The notes below the pieces were generated by a model that saw nothing but the letters and a program-made list of their open reading frames with translations, searched no databases and was not told the DNA's origin. This document shows, one piece after another, positions 1-9,435 of a stretch of DNA of 60,667 bases (its first letter is position 1; the number at the start of each line of letters is the position of its first letter). The position numbers were made by a program, and so were the translations under genes. This DNA is from Minisyncoccota bacterium. Its GTDB lineage: Bacteria; Patescibacteriota; Minisyncoccia; Phycocordibacterales; Phycocordibacteraceae. The stretch covers positions 1 through 60,667 of the forward strand of contig DASZTF010000058.1 in assembly GCA_035548315.1 (NCBI GenBank), in the 5' to 3' direction.

Positions 1-7
1 AAGCACA

Positions 8-41
8 AGCGCCAGGGGGTACCCCCTGGCGCTTTTGCTTT
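8..41 (+). terminator. Rho-independent terminator-like hairpin for a gene ending upstream of the window
   Basis: Inverted repeat AGCGCCAGGGG / CCCCTGGCGCT (about 11 bp) followed by TTTTGCTTT. Confidence 0.6.
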
Positions 42-78
42 GTGGTATCCTGAAGTCCATTGGTAAATTAAGGCACAT

Positions 79-789
79 ATGGACAACAATTCTTCATTCA
101 TGGAGCGGTATCTGACCCCGATCGCGGTGGTCGTGGGAGCGCTTATTATCGCGCTTGCGTACGTCTACGGTCACGGCGCAGTCACGGGGACCACAGGCGG
201 CACCGGCACACAGCAGGCGCCTTCGGTCGACATCAAGGACGTGAAGACCGATGGCGATCCGTTCATCGGGGACGCGAGCGCGCCGGTCACTATGGCGGTC
301 TGGTTCGACTACCAGTGCCCGTTCTGCAAGCAGTTTGACACCACCGCACTCCCGCAGCTCTACACCAATTACGTCCAGACCGGGAAGCTCCGCATCGTCT
401 TCAAGGACTTCCAGTTCCTCGGCCAGGACTCGCTTACGGGCGCAGAATTCGCGCGCGCGGTGTGGGAGCTCTACCCAGACAAGTTCTACGCATGGTACGA
501 AGCGATGTTCAATGCGCAGGATGAAGAAGGTGACCAGGGCTTTGGCGACCAGGATTCCATCGTGGCGATGACCAAAGCGCAGGTATCGGGTATCGACACG
601 GATAAGGTCGTCGCGCTCATCGCGCAGAAGAAGACCCAGTACGATGCTGCGATCGAAGCTGACAAAACCGAGGGCACGACCTTCGGTATCAACGGCACGC
701 CGAGCATGATCGTGGGCACCACGCTCCTCTCGGGCGCAGAGCCGTACGCGACTATCTCGCAGCTCGTCGACGCAGAACTCGCGAAGTAG
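79..789 (+). CDS. DsbA-family thiol:disulfide oxidoreductase (thioredoxin fold, membrane anchored or secreted)
   Basis: 236-aa ORF with a hydrophobic N-terminal helix and a CPFC active site in WFDYQCPFCKQF. GC3-rich codon usage. Confidence 0.8.
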   Translation: MDNNSSFMERYLTPIAVVVGALIIALAYVYGHGAVTGTTGGTGTQQAPSVDIKDVKTDGDPFIGDASAPVTMAVWFDYQCPFCKQFDTTALPQLYTNYVQTGKLRIVFKDFQFLGQDSLTGAEFARAVWELYPDKFYAWYEAMFNAQDEEGDQGFGDQDSIVAMTKAQVSGIDTDKVVALIAQKKTQYDAAIEADKTEGTTFGINGTPSMIVGTTLLSGAEPYATISQLVDAELAK

Positions 790-810
790 GCGGAGGCCTG
801 CGTTCGCGCT

Positions 811-842
811 CACGCGCCCCTCACGGGGCGCGTGGTATTTTG
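811..842 (+). terminator. Rho-independent terminator
   Basis: CACGCGCCCC-TCAC-GGGGCGCGTG hairpin followed by GTATTTT, directly after the DsbA-like stop. Confidence 0.7.
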
Positions 843-849
843 GGTGGAT

Positions 850-1485
850 ATGACTATCAAGAAATACGGCCACGCCTGCTTGCTCATGGACGTGGGCGGG
901 GTGAAGCTCATCACGGATCCTGGGAGCTACAGCCCACTGCCGGACGCCACCGGCGTCGCGGCGGTGCTCGTGACCCACGAGCACCAAGACCATATGGACG
1001 TGGGCAATATCAAAGGCATCCAGGCTGCGAATCCAGGCGTGCGCATCATCTCGCATGCGGACGTTGTGGCCAAACTTAAAGACGCAGGCATCGCAGCAGA
1101 AACTATCGAGCCGGGTCAGACGATCGATATAAATGGTGTCAGCGTGGAAAGCTTCGGTACCGAGCACGCGATCATTTATAAAACCTCTCCGTGCCGCAAT
1201 TGTGGATTCTTGGTCGGCGGAGAATTGTTTATCACTGGCGACGCGCTTCACGACATACCGACGAACCACGTGCGCATCCTTGCGCTCCCCACGAGTGGCC
1301 CATGGATGAAAGTAGCGGACGCCATCGACTACGTGAACAACGTGAAGCCGGAAATTGCATTCCCTGTGCACGACGCGCTCTATACCGATGCCGTGCAGCG
1401 CAGCATCGGTCACTGGATGGCTCCCAACTTCGAGGGCGGTACCAAATATATCGATCTCGCTCCGGGAGAAGAAAAAGAATTCTAG
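850..1485 (+). CDS. MBL-fold metallo-hydrolase
   Basis: ORF 832..1485 trimmed to ATG 850 because the upstream codons lie inside the terminator hairpin. HEHQDH (HxHxDH) metal-binding motif. Confidence 0.8.
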   Translation: MTIKKYGHACLLMDVGGVKLITDPGSYSPLPDATGVAAVLVTHEHQDHMDVGNIKGIQAANPGVRIISHADVVAKLKDAGIAAETIEPGQTIDINGVSVESFGTEHAIIYKTSPCRNCGFLVGGELFITGDALHDIPTNHVRILALPTSGPWMKVADAIDYVNNVKPEIAFPVHDALYTDAVQRSIGHWMAPNFEGGTKYIDLAPGEEKEF

Positions 1486-1490
1486 GTGAA

Positions 1491-2075
1491 ATGACTACGG
1501 CGTTCGTCTTCGGGCTGTTGTTTGTCCTCCTCAGCATCAGCGTCTTTTTCGATGCGCCGTTCGTCATGGCGATGGACGCGCGGGTGGACAATTGGTTCGC
1601 ATCGCTGCGCACGCCGCGCTGGGCGGCGTTCTTCTCCGCGATCTCGTTCTTCGGCGGGGTGTACGGTATCGGGCTTATCGGGGCGGTGACTGTGCTGCTC
1701 ACTGCGTGGAATGAGGAGGTGATCGAGCTCGGGGTGACCGCGGTCGGCGGCAGCGCGCTCGTGGCGCAGCTCGTGAAGGTCTTCACGGCGCGTACGCGGC
1801 CTGATCCGCTCGCGGGGCGCACACAGGAAGTGGAATATAGTTATCCGAGCGGGCACACGACTGCCGCGCTTACGCTCTACGGCATGCTCGCGCTATTGCT
1901 CGTACCTTTCGCTACGGGCGTGAGCGCGGTATTCATCACGGTGTACGTGCTGCTCATCATCGCGATCAGTGTGTCCCGCATTGCGCTTTCCGTGCACCAC
2001 GCAAGCGATGTCATCGGCGGGTACCTACTCGGCGCTTCATTTCTTGCGCTCGCATTTTCCCTCTTTGGTCTATGA
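1491..2075 (+). CDS. PAP2-family membrane phosphatase
   Basis: ORF 1191..2075 trimmed to in-frame ATG 1491 (MTTAFVFGLL...). Several TM helices. PAP2 motifs PSGHT and SRIALSVHHASD. Confidence 0.8.
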   Translation: MTTAFVFGLLFVLLSISVFFDAPFVMAMDARVDNWFASLRTPRWAAFFSAISFFGGVYGIGLIGAVTVLLTAWNEEVIELGVTAVGGSALVAQLVKVFTARTRPDPLAGRTQEVEYSYPSGHTTAALTLYGMLALLLVPFATGVSAVFITVYVLLIIAISVSRIALSVHHASDVIGGYLLGASFLALAFSLFGL

Positions 2076-2584
2076 AAAAGCGCATCGTGAAATCGAGTGA
2101 TCCTCTGCAGCGCGGCTACTGCTACACGCTCACCGCGCCTGCGGGGAAGCGCTTCGATCCCGAATTCAAACCGCAGCTCACGCCGCAACAGATGCTCGAG
2201 CTCGGCATGTTCGGCGGCGTGTATTTTTATGGCAAAGGCGCGGTCGATGAATATCCGAAGGCATGGTTCAAAAATATTCCGATCATCGAGAAACGCGACA
2301 AGTCCCTCAACTATTTCAATGTGAACGCATCGCAGCCCATGAGCGCGTGGGTGAAGAAGGGCTGGATCTATGCCGATGACCCGCGCGGATGGGTGCAGTG
2401 GTACTTCCGCTATTACATGGGTCGCCGCATTCCGAAAGAAGACGCGCGCCAGATCCACCGTTGGAAGATGATGGTCCGGCATATTGCTCAGATAAAGAGA
2501 AAATGCGTCCCGGGCGATGTCTCCTGCAATCCCCGCCAGCGCCAGGCGCTTCTCCACTGGGCGTACGACAGCCGCAAGTTCTGA
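2072..2584 (+). CDS. Conserved-looking hypothetical protein (no family recognised)
   Basis: 170-aa ORF whose start overlaps the PAP2 stop (ATGA coupling). Host-like codon usage. Motif RGWVQWYFRYYMGRR. Confidence 0.6.
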   Translation: MKKRIVKSSDPLQRGYCYTLTAPAGKRFDPEFKPQLTPQQMLELGMFGGVYFYGKGAVDEYPKAWFKNIPIIEKRDKSLNYFNVNASQPMSAWVKKGWIYADDPRGWVQWYFRYYMGRRIPKEDARQIHRWKMMVRHIAQIKRKCVPGDVSCNPRQRQALLHWAYDSRKF

Positions 2585-2650
2585 AAGTTATGCACACCGG
2601 GGGCGGCACGCGCGGCGTGGTATCACTGAGGGACACGTAATCCATACATC

Positions 2651-3100
2651 ATGAAGAAACACATCAACGCCATGAGCCGTTATTTCTGGAAGCGCGATCT
2701 CGGGCTGCTGTTAGTTCGTGTGGCACTCGGTATCTTGTTCCTCGCGCACGGCTGGAGCAAAGTGGGCAACCTTTCTGGTACCGAGGGTATGTTCGTGCAT
2801 ATGGGATTCCCGATGTGGGTCGGCGTATTCATCGCATGGTTTGAAGTGATCGGCGGTATCGCACTCATCCTCGGCATCGCGACGCGGGTATTCGCCGTCG
2901 CGTTCGGTATCGAGATGCTGGTCGCTGTCCTGATCAGTCCGCTCTCGCGCGCTATTGGCGGTACGGAATTGTTGCTTGCCGTCGCGTCCTTTGGCATCGC
3001 GCTCGCCGGCTCCGGCCGCTTCTCATTCTACGCAATGGAGTGCGGCAACTGCGGCGGTATGCTCTGCGATAAGGAAAGTGGTACCTGCGTACCGCGCTAA
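2651..3100 (+). CDS. DoxX-family membrane protein
   Basis: 149 aa with 4 TM helices. LLVRVALGILFLAHGWSKV is a typical DoxX N-terminal signature. Confidence 0.7.
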   Translation: MKKHINAMSRYFWKRDLGLLLVRVALGILFLAHGWSKVGNLSGTEGMFVHMGFPMWVGVFIAWFEVIGGIALILGIATRVFAVAFGIEMLVAVLISPLSRAIGGTELLLAVASFGIALAGSGRFSFYAMECGNCGGMLCDKESGTCVPR

Positions 3101-3101
3101 T

Positions 3102-3662
3102 ATGGCGTACACATTACTTGCCATCTCAGGAAGTCTGCGCAAAGAGTCCTACAACTCCGCGCTCATCCGTGCGTGGAAGGAGCTCGCACCGGAGGGCGTG
3201 ACGGTCGACATCGTGACGGCAGACGAGATCCGCGCATTCCCACCCTACGACCAAGACGTGGAAGCCGCGGCATATCCCGCGGAAGCCGCGCAGATGAAAG
3301 AGCGGATCAAAAAGGCCGACGGAGTCCTCGTCGCGACTCCCGAGTACAACCGCTCGGTCCCGGGTGTCCTCAAGAATGTGATCGACTGGACGAGCCGCCC
3401 CTACGGGCAGAGCGCTTGGCAGGGGAAGCCGGTGTTCGTGATGGGCGCGACGGGCGGCGCTATCGGTACTGCGCTTGCGCAAGCGGCGCTGAAGCAGGTG
3501 CTGTCCTACCTCGATGCGCGTGTGCCCGGGCAGCCCGAATTCTACGCGGGGAATATCAAGGACAAACTCGACAGGGAAGGCCACCTCACCGACGAGTCCA
3601 CCAAGGAACACATACGCGCGGCGTATCCCGTGTTCCTGTCGTTCATCGACCGCAACCGCTAA
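3102..3662 (+). CDS. NAD(P)H-dependent FMN reductase (flavodoxin-like fold)
   Basis: ORF 2955..3662 trimmed to ATG 3102 (MAYTLLAISGSLRKESYN). Motifs SGSLRxxS and TPEYNRSVPGVLKNVIDW. Confidence 0.8.
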   Translation: MAYTLLAISGSLRKESYNSALIRAWKELAPEGVTVDIVTADEIRAFPPYDQDVEAAAYPAEAAQMKERIKKADGVLVATPEYNRSVPGVLKNVIDWTSRPYGQSAWQGKPVFVMGATGGAIGTALAQAALKQVLSYLDARVPGQPEFYAGNIKDKLDREGHLTDESTKEHIRAAYPVFLSFIDRNR

Positions 3663-3703
3663 TCAGGCGGCCCCCTTGCGCTCCGACGCGCGTTCCTGTA
3701 TAC

Positions 3704-3727
3704 TTAGGTTACCTAACTATTAGGTAA
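3704..3727. promoter_or_regulatory. Candidate MarR operator
   Basis: Perfect palindrome TTAGGT-T-ACCTAA (3704-3716) plus a third half-site TTAGGTAA (3720-3727), 10 nt upstream of the MarR ATG and overlapping a TAGGTA -10-like hexamer. Confidence 0.5.
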
Positions 3728-3736
3728 ACGAAGCAT

Positions 3737-4168
3737 ATGACGGCGACGTACCGCACCACTCGTGAAGACCAGCTCCTCCCGCTCATGATCGCATTCGGGC
3801 GCTTGATGCGTGCCGAAATGGCGAAGCACCTTGGGCCGTTCTCGATGCTCCACCTGCAGACTCTGCAGTATGTGGCCGAGACCGGGAACCCGAGCATGCG
3901 GGAAGTCGCTGCGTACCTCAAGGTCTCTGCGCCATCGGCCACCGAGATCATCAACGCGCTCGTGAAGGATCAGTTCCTCACACGCGCGCGCGATCCGGAG
4001 GATCGGCGCAAGGTGCGTCTCGTCGTCTCGTCGGCGGGTACGCGCGCCATCAAGCGCGCTGAGGTGCAGAAAGCCAAAGCATTCGCCGCGGTGATCGCAC
4101 CGCTTTCCTCCCGCGAGCGCGATGCGTTCATCACCATACTTACTACCATTACCACCCCTAGCTCGTAA
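3737..4168 (+). CDS. MarR-family transcriptional regulator
   Basis: 143 aa with winged-helix layout (LHLQTLQYVAETGNPSMREVAAYLKVSAPSATEIINALVKDQFLTRARDPEDRRKV), located directly upstream of efflux genes. Confidence 0.85.
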   Translation: MTATYRTTREDQLLPLMIAFGRLMRAEMAKHLGPFSMLHLQTLQYVAETGNPSMREVAAYLKVSAPSATEIINALVKDQFLTRARDPEDRRKVRLVVSSAGTRAIKRAEVQKAKAFAAVIAPLSSRERDAFITILTTITTPSS

Positions 4169-4171
4169 CCT

Positions 4172-5686
4172 ATGTCTGACACGATTACCGAATTGCTTTC
4201 TCATACCTTTGTCCGCGCCGCGCTTGGCATCGTGGCGCTTATCCTCGTGGGGAGCGTCGCCTACTATGCGATCGCTTCGCGCCCGCCTGCGCTCACCTAT
4301 GCGTCTGTGACCGAGGGCCCGATCACGGAAGACGTGACGGGTACCGGTACGGTGAGCCCGGTCGAGAACCCCGACCTGTCTTTTGCCGTGGGTGGGAAAG
4401 TGTCGGCGGTACGCGTCGCCGTCGGTGATACGGTCACCCAAGGCGAGCTGCTCGCGAACCTCGATACCGGTGTGCTCTCGGCGAACCTCGCTGCTGCCGA
4501 GGCTACGTACGCAGGCGTTACTGCCGGCCCGCGCGATGTGGACCTCGCAGGTAAACGCACTGCGCTCGCGCAGGCCAATGCTTCAGTCGACAATTCCTAT
4601 GCATCGCTCTCGTCCGTCATCGCGGGTGATCTCGCAAGCGGTGAAGACGCCGTCCATTCGACGGACGTATTTTTCGGTAGTTTCAATGTCGTCGACTACC
4701 CACGCCTGAACTTCCTCACGGGTGCGAGCCAAGCTGCGGATACTGCCGGTCGCGAGCGCGGCGCGCTCCAGAAGGAATTCCCGCTCTGGAATGAAGATAT
4801 TGCGGCGCTCACGGCGAGCACGTCTCCGGAAGAACTCGACACGACACTCGAGAGCACCATCGACCACCTTATAGAAATGCGTACCTATTTCGACAATCTT
4901 ACGACCGCGGCGACCGATCCGCGCGCCGATCTCTCGGCGTCGGAGATCGCTACTATCACGACGGGCCGCTCGACGGTAAATGCGCTCGTGCTCGCGCTCC
5001 AGACCGAGCAGCAGACGCTCGTGAATGAAAAGCTCGCTGCCGAGGCTGCAGAAGACGCCCTCAACCTCACGCAGGCGGGCGCCACCACCCAGGCCGTGGC
5101 GGTAGCTGCAGCCCAAGTGCACGCTGCGGAAGCTGCGCTCGGGCAGGCAGAGATTGTCGCGCCGTTCTCAGGCACGATCGCGAGTGTCCACGTGAAAAGC
5201 GGCGACATCGTGACGCCGAACCAGCCTTCGATCGCCATCCTCCCGGATTCCAATTTCGAGGTCGACATCTACCTTTCTGAAATCGACGCGGCGAAAGTCG
5301 CGGTGGGTGCAAAAGCAGACGTCACGCTCGATGCGTACGGCAGCGGTACGGTGTTCCCGGCGACGGTCGCATCGGTCGACCGCGCTGCGACGATCCGGAA
5401 CGGTGTTCCTGCGTACAAAGTGACGCTCGTGTTCACGGAGAAGGACCCCAAGCTTTCCTCGGGTCTTGGCGCGAACGCGGTCATCCATGTGGGTGCGAGC
5501 GCGGACACGCTCGTGGTGCCTTCGGGTGCCGTCGTGACGGAGGGTAACCAGACCTACGTTCTCAAGCAAACGCCGCAGGGTCCCGTGAAGACGCCTGTGG
5601 TCGTGGGACTCGTCGGAGCGACCAGCACCGAAATTATTTCAGGCGTATCGGTCGGCGACTCCGTCGCCCGTGTCGCAGGCAATTAA
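4172..5686 (+). CDS. HlyD/membrane-fusion-type periplasmic adaptor with a long coiled coil
   Basis: 504 aa with an N-terminal TM anchor. Lipoyl-like hairpins (VSAVRVAVGDTVTQGELLANL; APFSGTIASVHVKSGDIV), a long Ala/Leu/Thr-rich helical middle and a beta-rich C-terminus. Confidence 0.7.
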   Translation: MSDTITELLSHTFVRAALGIVALILVGSVAYYAIASRPPALTYASVTEGPITEDVTGTGTVSPVENPDLSFAVGGKVSAVRVAVGDTVTQGELLANLDTGVLSANLAAAEATYAGVTAGPRDVDLAGKRTALAQANASVDNSYASLSSVIAGDLASGEDAVHSTDVFFGSFNVVDYPRLNFLTGASQAADTAGRERGALQKEFPLWNEDIAALTASTSPEELDTTLESTIDHLIEMRTYFDNLTTAATDPRADLSASEIATITTGRSTVNALVLALQTEQQTLVNEKLAAEAAEDALNLTQAGATTQAVAVAAAQVHAAEAALGQAEIVAPFSGTIASVHVKSGDIVTPNQPSIAILPDSNFEVDIYLSEIDAAKVAVGAKADVTLDAYGSGTVFPATVASVDRAATIRNGVPAYKVTLVFTEKDPKLSSGLGANAVIHVGASADTLVVPSGAVVTEGNQTYVLKQTPQGPVKTPVVVGLVGATSTEIISGVSVGDSVARVAGN

Positions 5687-5696
5687 TCATTCCCGT

Positions 5697-6362
5697 ATGG
5701 CAACTGATATGAACGAAGCACAGAACACCGTGAACGCTCCGAAGCCGCAGAGTCGCTTGCCGCTTATGGTGGCAGCAGGACTCGTGATCGTCGTGGGCGG
5801 CGCTATCGCCGGCCTCGCCTACTGGGGCGTGTCGCGCAACCAGATCTACATCGACAAGGCAAGTGTGCAGGCACCGACCGTGGTGCTCTCGCCCACGACG
5901 GCGGGCACACTGAACGCAGTCTATGTGAATGTGGGCGACAGTGTTGCGCCCAACACCGTCGTCGCGGAAGTCGGGACCGAGCTCCTCAAATCGGGACCAA
6001 CCGGCGGCGTCGTGGTCGCGGAAAATAACAACATCGGTGCGCAAGTAGCACCGGGCACCGCCGTCGTCACCATCATCGATCCCACCCAGCTGCGCATCGT
6101 AGGGCAGGTGGACGAGAACAAGGGACTCGCGGATATCGCGGTCGGTGACCGCGCAGCCTTTACGGTGGACGCCTTCGGCGGGCAGAAATTCGAGGGCGTC
6201 GTGGATGAAGTAAGCCCGACTTCGCACGCAAGCGGCGTGGTGTTCAATATCTCCGACCAGCGTCAGACGCAGACGTTCGACATCAAAATCGCCTTTGACG
6301 AGCGCGCGTATCCGGGCCTCAAGAACGGCATGTCGGCGCGTATCTGGATCTACAAGAACTAG
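5697..6362 (+). CDS. HlyD/EmrA-like secretion adaptor
   Basis: ORF 5670..6362 starts at GTG; ATG 5697 is preferred. TM anchor plus a lipoyl-like hairpin (GTLNAVYVNVGDSVAPNTVVAEV). Sits directly before the MFS pump. Confidence 0.7.
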   Translation: MATDMNEAQNTVNAPKPQSRLPLMVAAGLVIVVGGAIAGLAYWGVSRNQIYIDKASVQAPTVVLSPTTAGTLNAVYVNVGDSVAPNTVVAEVGTELLKSGPTGGVVVAENNNIGAQVAPGTAVVTIIDPTQLRIVGQVDENKGLADIAVGDRAAFTVDAFGGQKFEGVVDEVSPTSHASGVVFNISDQRQTQTFDIKIAFDERAYPGLKNGMSARIWIYKN

Positions 6363-6365
6363 CGC

Positions 6366-7880
6366 ATGGCCGAGCAGGAATCCACTATTCGCGCCGAGAA
6401 TCCCTGGCTCGTCCTCGGGACGGTGATGGTGGGCACGCTGCTCATCGGGCTTGATCGCACGGTGGTGAACCTCGCCGTCCCGTCGATCATCAGCGACTTC
6501 GGCATCACCGTCTCTACTGCGGCGTGGGTCGCCACGGGCTACATCATCAGTAACGCAGTGTTCGTGCCGGTGTTCGGCAAGCTCGGCGACCTCTATGGTA
6601 ATCGGGTGATCTACCTGTGGAGCTTTGTGGGCTTCATCATCCTCTCGGTACTCGCAGGGTTCGCTTGGAACTTTACCTCGCTCGTCGCATTCCGCGTACT
6701 CCAGGGGCTCGTGGGTGCGGCCGTCTATCCAACCGCGATGTCGCTCATCGTGCGCTCGTTCGCTGATAAAAAGGCGCGCGCTCAAGCGCTCGGTATCTGG
6801 TCGTCGTCGTTTGCCGTGTCTGCGGTGATCGGCCCCTTGCTCGGTGGGTACTTGGTCGACAACTTCTCGTGGCGCTGGGTGTTCTTCATCAATCTCCCTA
6901 TTGGTGTCGCGGGTCTCATCATGACGCTGCTCTTCATCATGAAAGATCGCCCCGATGACTCGGGGGCATTCGACTGGCCGGGCGCGGTGTTCCTTGCGGG
7001 GGCCATCTCTCCGCTCGTGCTCATCCTCGATCGTGGCCAGGACTGGGGCTGGACCTCCACGGGTGCACTCGTGTGCTACGGCATCACCCTTATTTCTGGA
7101 TTCCTCACGTACTGGTGGGAGACGCGACAGGACCATCCGATTATCGATTTTAAATTCTTCAAGAACGGCAGCATTGTCTCGATTCTGGTCGTGTCGTTCA
7201 TTTCATTCGGCGGGATGATGGGCGCAATGTTCCTCCTGCCGGTCTTCACACAGACATTCCTCGGCTACGACGCAACGCAGAGCGGGCTCCTCTTCGTCCC
7301 GCTCGGTCTCGCGCTGCCTATTGCGGCGCCGCTTGGTGCACGACTTTCGCTTAAAATCCCTATCCGCTATGTGGTGTCCGCCGGTATGTTCATGTCGGGG
7401 TTCGCGCTGTTTATCCTGCGCAACCTCGATCCCGGCATGGGCATGCTCGACTTTGTCATCCCGCTCGCGATGTTCGGCGCGGGTCTCGGCCTTGGCCTTG
7501 CGCCGCTTACGACCGCGATGACTACTTCAGTTCCGCCAAACGAAGTCGGCGTGGCGTCTGGACTCCTCAACCTTGTGCGTAACTTGGGTGGCGCATTTGG
7601 TATCGCTATTTTCGGCACGCTGCTCAATTCACTCATCAAACAGCATATCCTTACCGTTGCGCAGAATTCCACTATCGCGGTCCATACTGCACAGGCTTTG
7701 GCGCAGGGCACCGCACTCATCATCCTCAAGGCTGACCTCATGTCCTACGGTACGGTGTTCGTCTACGCGGCGCTCGCGCTCGTGGCGGGCGGCATCGCCG
7801 CAGTCGCTCTGCTTGAATCGAGCGACGACAGCGTCGAGCTCTCCGCAGAAGCCCGCGCCGAAGCGATGGCGGGAGGGTAG
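6366..7880 (+). CDS. MFS transporter, DHA2 (EmrB/QacA, 14-TMS) drug:H+ antiporter family
   Basis: 504 aa with about 14 TM helices. MFS motif A-like GKLGDLYGNR and motif C-like GPLLGGYLVD. Confidence 0.85.
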   Translation: MAEQESTIRAENPWLVLGTVMVGTLLIGLDRTVVNLAVPSIISDFGITVSTAAWVATGYIISNAVFVPVFGKLGDLYGNRVIYLWSFVGFIILSVLAGFAWNFTSLVAFRVLQGLVGAAVYPTAMSLIVRSFADKKARAQALGIWSSSFAVSAVIGPLLGGYLVDNFSWRWVFFINLPIGVAGLIMTLLFIMKDRPDDSGAFDWPGAVFLAGAISPLVLILDRGQDWGWTSTGALVCYGITLISGFLTYWWETRQDHPIIDFKFFKNGSIVSILVVSFISFGGMMGAMFLLPVFTQTFLGYDATQSGLLFVPLGLALPIAAPLGARLSLKIPIRYVVSAGMFMSGFALFILRNLDPGMGMLDFVIPLAMFGAGLGLGLAPLTTAMTTSVPPNEVGVASGLLNLVRNLGGAFGIAIFGTLLNSLIKQHILTVAQNSTIAVHTAQALAQGTALIILKADLMSYGTVFVYAALALVAGGIAAVALLESSDDSVELSAEARAEAMAGG

Positions 7881-7911
7881 TACGCACCCAGGATGCTAAA
7901 ATGCGGGGGTA

Positions 7912-8718
7912 ATGGCCCGCATGCACTACTACAGCCATCGGGGACGGCACCAGCACCCGACCACGCTCTGGCACCGCATCTTCAGCGCGTTCCTCGTGCC
8001 CTTTTTCATACTCGTCGTTGCAGCGCTTATCGCCGGCGGCGCCGCGGCGGCGCCAAATTACGCCATCGAGAGCGGGACGCTTGTGGCTGCGCTCGGCGCA
8101 TCGATCATCCGGCTGCTTGTGGCGTATGTGCTTTCGCTCGTGATCGGCGTGCCGCTCGGGTTCATCGCGGAAGGGAATAAACGCCTCGAAGCATTTCTGC
8201 TTCCGGTCTACGACGTGCTCGAGTCGATTCCCGTGCTCGCATTTTTCCCGGTGGTGATTCTCTTTTTCGTCCGCTCGGGATCGCTCGAGGGCGCGGCGCT
8301 TTTTATCCTGGTATTCAGCATGGTCTGGAATATCGCGTTCAGCACGATCGGTGGGCTCAAGGTGATTCCGCGCGACGTCATCAATGCCGGGAAGGTGTTC
8401 GGCCTCTCACGGCTCGAGCGACTTTTCCAGATTGAGCTCCCCGCGCTCTTTCCGATACTCGTGACTGGGTCGATCCTCGCGCTCGCCGACGGCTGGAATA
8501 TCGTGATCGTCGCCGAAGCGCTCCATGCGTATGCACCACAGTCAGCGAATGCGGGTGACCTCTTCGGTATCGGCAGCATCCTCATTACCGCCGCGGGAAG
8601 CGGCGACAACGGCACGCTGATCTACGCGCTCCTCGTGCTCATCGCCGCGATTGCGCTTATCAATGTATTCCTCTGGCAACCGCTCTTGGCGCGCGCGGAG
8701 CGCTATAAATTCGAGTGA
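7912..8718 (+). CDS. ABC transporter permease (nitrate/sulfonate/taurine-type)
   Basis: 268 aa with 6 TM helices and an EAA-like loop (VIPRDVINAGKVFGLSRLERLFQIELP). Confidence 0.75.
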   Translation: MARMHYYSHRGRHQHPTTLWHRIFSAFLVPFFILVVAALIAGGAAAAPNYAIESGTLVAALGASIIRLLVAYVLSLVIGVPLGFIAEGNKRLEAFLLPVYDVLESIPVLAFFPVVILFFVRSGSLEGAALFILVFSMVWNIAFSTIGGLKVIPRDVINAGKVFGLSRLERLFQIELPALFPILVTGSILALADGWNIVIVAEALHAYAPQSANAGDLFGIGSILITAAGSGDNGTLIYALLVLIAAIALINVFLWQPLLARAERYKFE

Positions 8719-8719
8719 T

Positions 8720-9433
8720 ATGGAGCCTATTCTCTCATTCAGCGGCGTGAGCTACCGCTACGAACCGCACTTGCCCGAAGTCCTGCGCGACGTTTCCTTC
8801 TCACTGACGAAAGGCTCATTCACGGTGATCGTGGGGCCCTCGGGATCGGGGAAATCCACCATCCTCACGCTTGCGGTGGGACTCGAGAAGCCCGAAAAGG
8901 GCACGATCGACCTCCACGCGAAGACCCGCATGATATTTCAATCGGGTGCACTCTTGCCCTGGCGCACCGTGCTCGATAACGTGGTGCTCGGCGCTTCGGG
9001 TATGGGACTCACGCGGCACGCGGGAGAGCACAAGGCGCGCATTGCGCTGCGCGACCTCGGGATCGATGCGTTCATCCACGCGTATCCCCGCGACCTCTCG
9101 GGCGGGCAGCGTCAGCGCGTGGGCATCGCGCGTGCCCTCGTGTCTGAGCCCGACCTGCTTCTCCTCGACGAGCCCTTCTCGGCACTCGACGCGGAGACCT
9201 CCGAGCATCTTGGAGAAGAGGTGGAGCGGCTGAGGACGGAGAAGGGCATGACCATGCTCATGGTCTCCCACTCGATTGAGGACGCGGTGCGCCTCGCCGA
9301 TGAGATCCTGGTCGTCGCCGACCACGGCATCAAAGAGCGCGTAGCAGTCACGCTCCCGCGTCCACGCGACCTCCATGGTCGGGAAGCGGTGGAGCTCGTG
9401 GCGCGCGTGCGTAAGCTCCTGCCCGGATTCTAA
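8720..9433 (+). CDS. ABC transporter ATP-binding protein
   Basis: ORF 8651..9433 trimmed to ATG 8720, 1 nt after the permease stop. Walker A GPSGSGKST, signature LSGGQRQR, Walker B LLLLDEP. Confidence 0.9.
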   Translation: MEPILSFSGVSYRYEPHLPEVLRDVSFSLTKGSFTVIVGPSGSGKSTILTLAVGLEKPEKGTIDLHAKTRMIFQSGALLPWRTVLDNVVLGASGMGLTRHAGEHKARIALRDLGIDAFIHAYPRDLSGGQRQRVGIARALVSEPDLLLLDEPFSALDAETSEHLGEEVERLRTEKGMTMLMVSHSIEDAVRLADEILVVADHGIKERVAVTLPRPRDLHGREAVELVARVRKLLPGF

Positions 9434-9435
9434 CT

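Noticed and set aside
94-1413. Long antisense or overlapping ORFs in the six-frame track. Examples: 94..1413 (minus), 5634..7136 (minus), 19003..20235 (plus), 28094..28888 (minus), 30671..31906 (minus), 40499..41683 (minus), 48544..49437 (minus), 53541..54305 (minus).
   Set aside because: They lie opposite genes with clear family motifs. Their products are Arg/His/Asp-rich low-complexity sequences typical of shadow frames in GC-rich DNA, and they have no start context. They are treated as artefacts.
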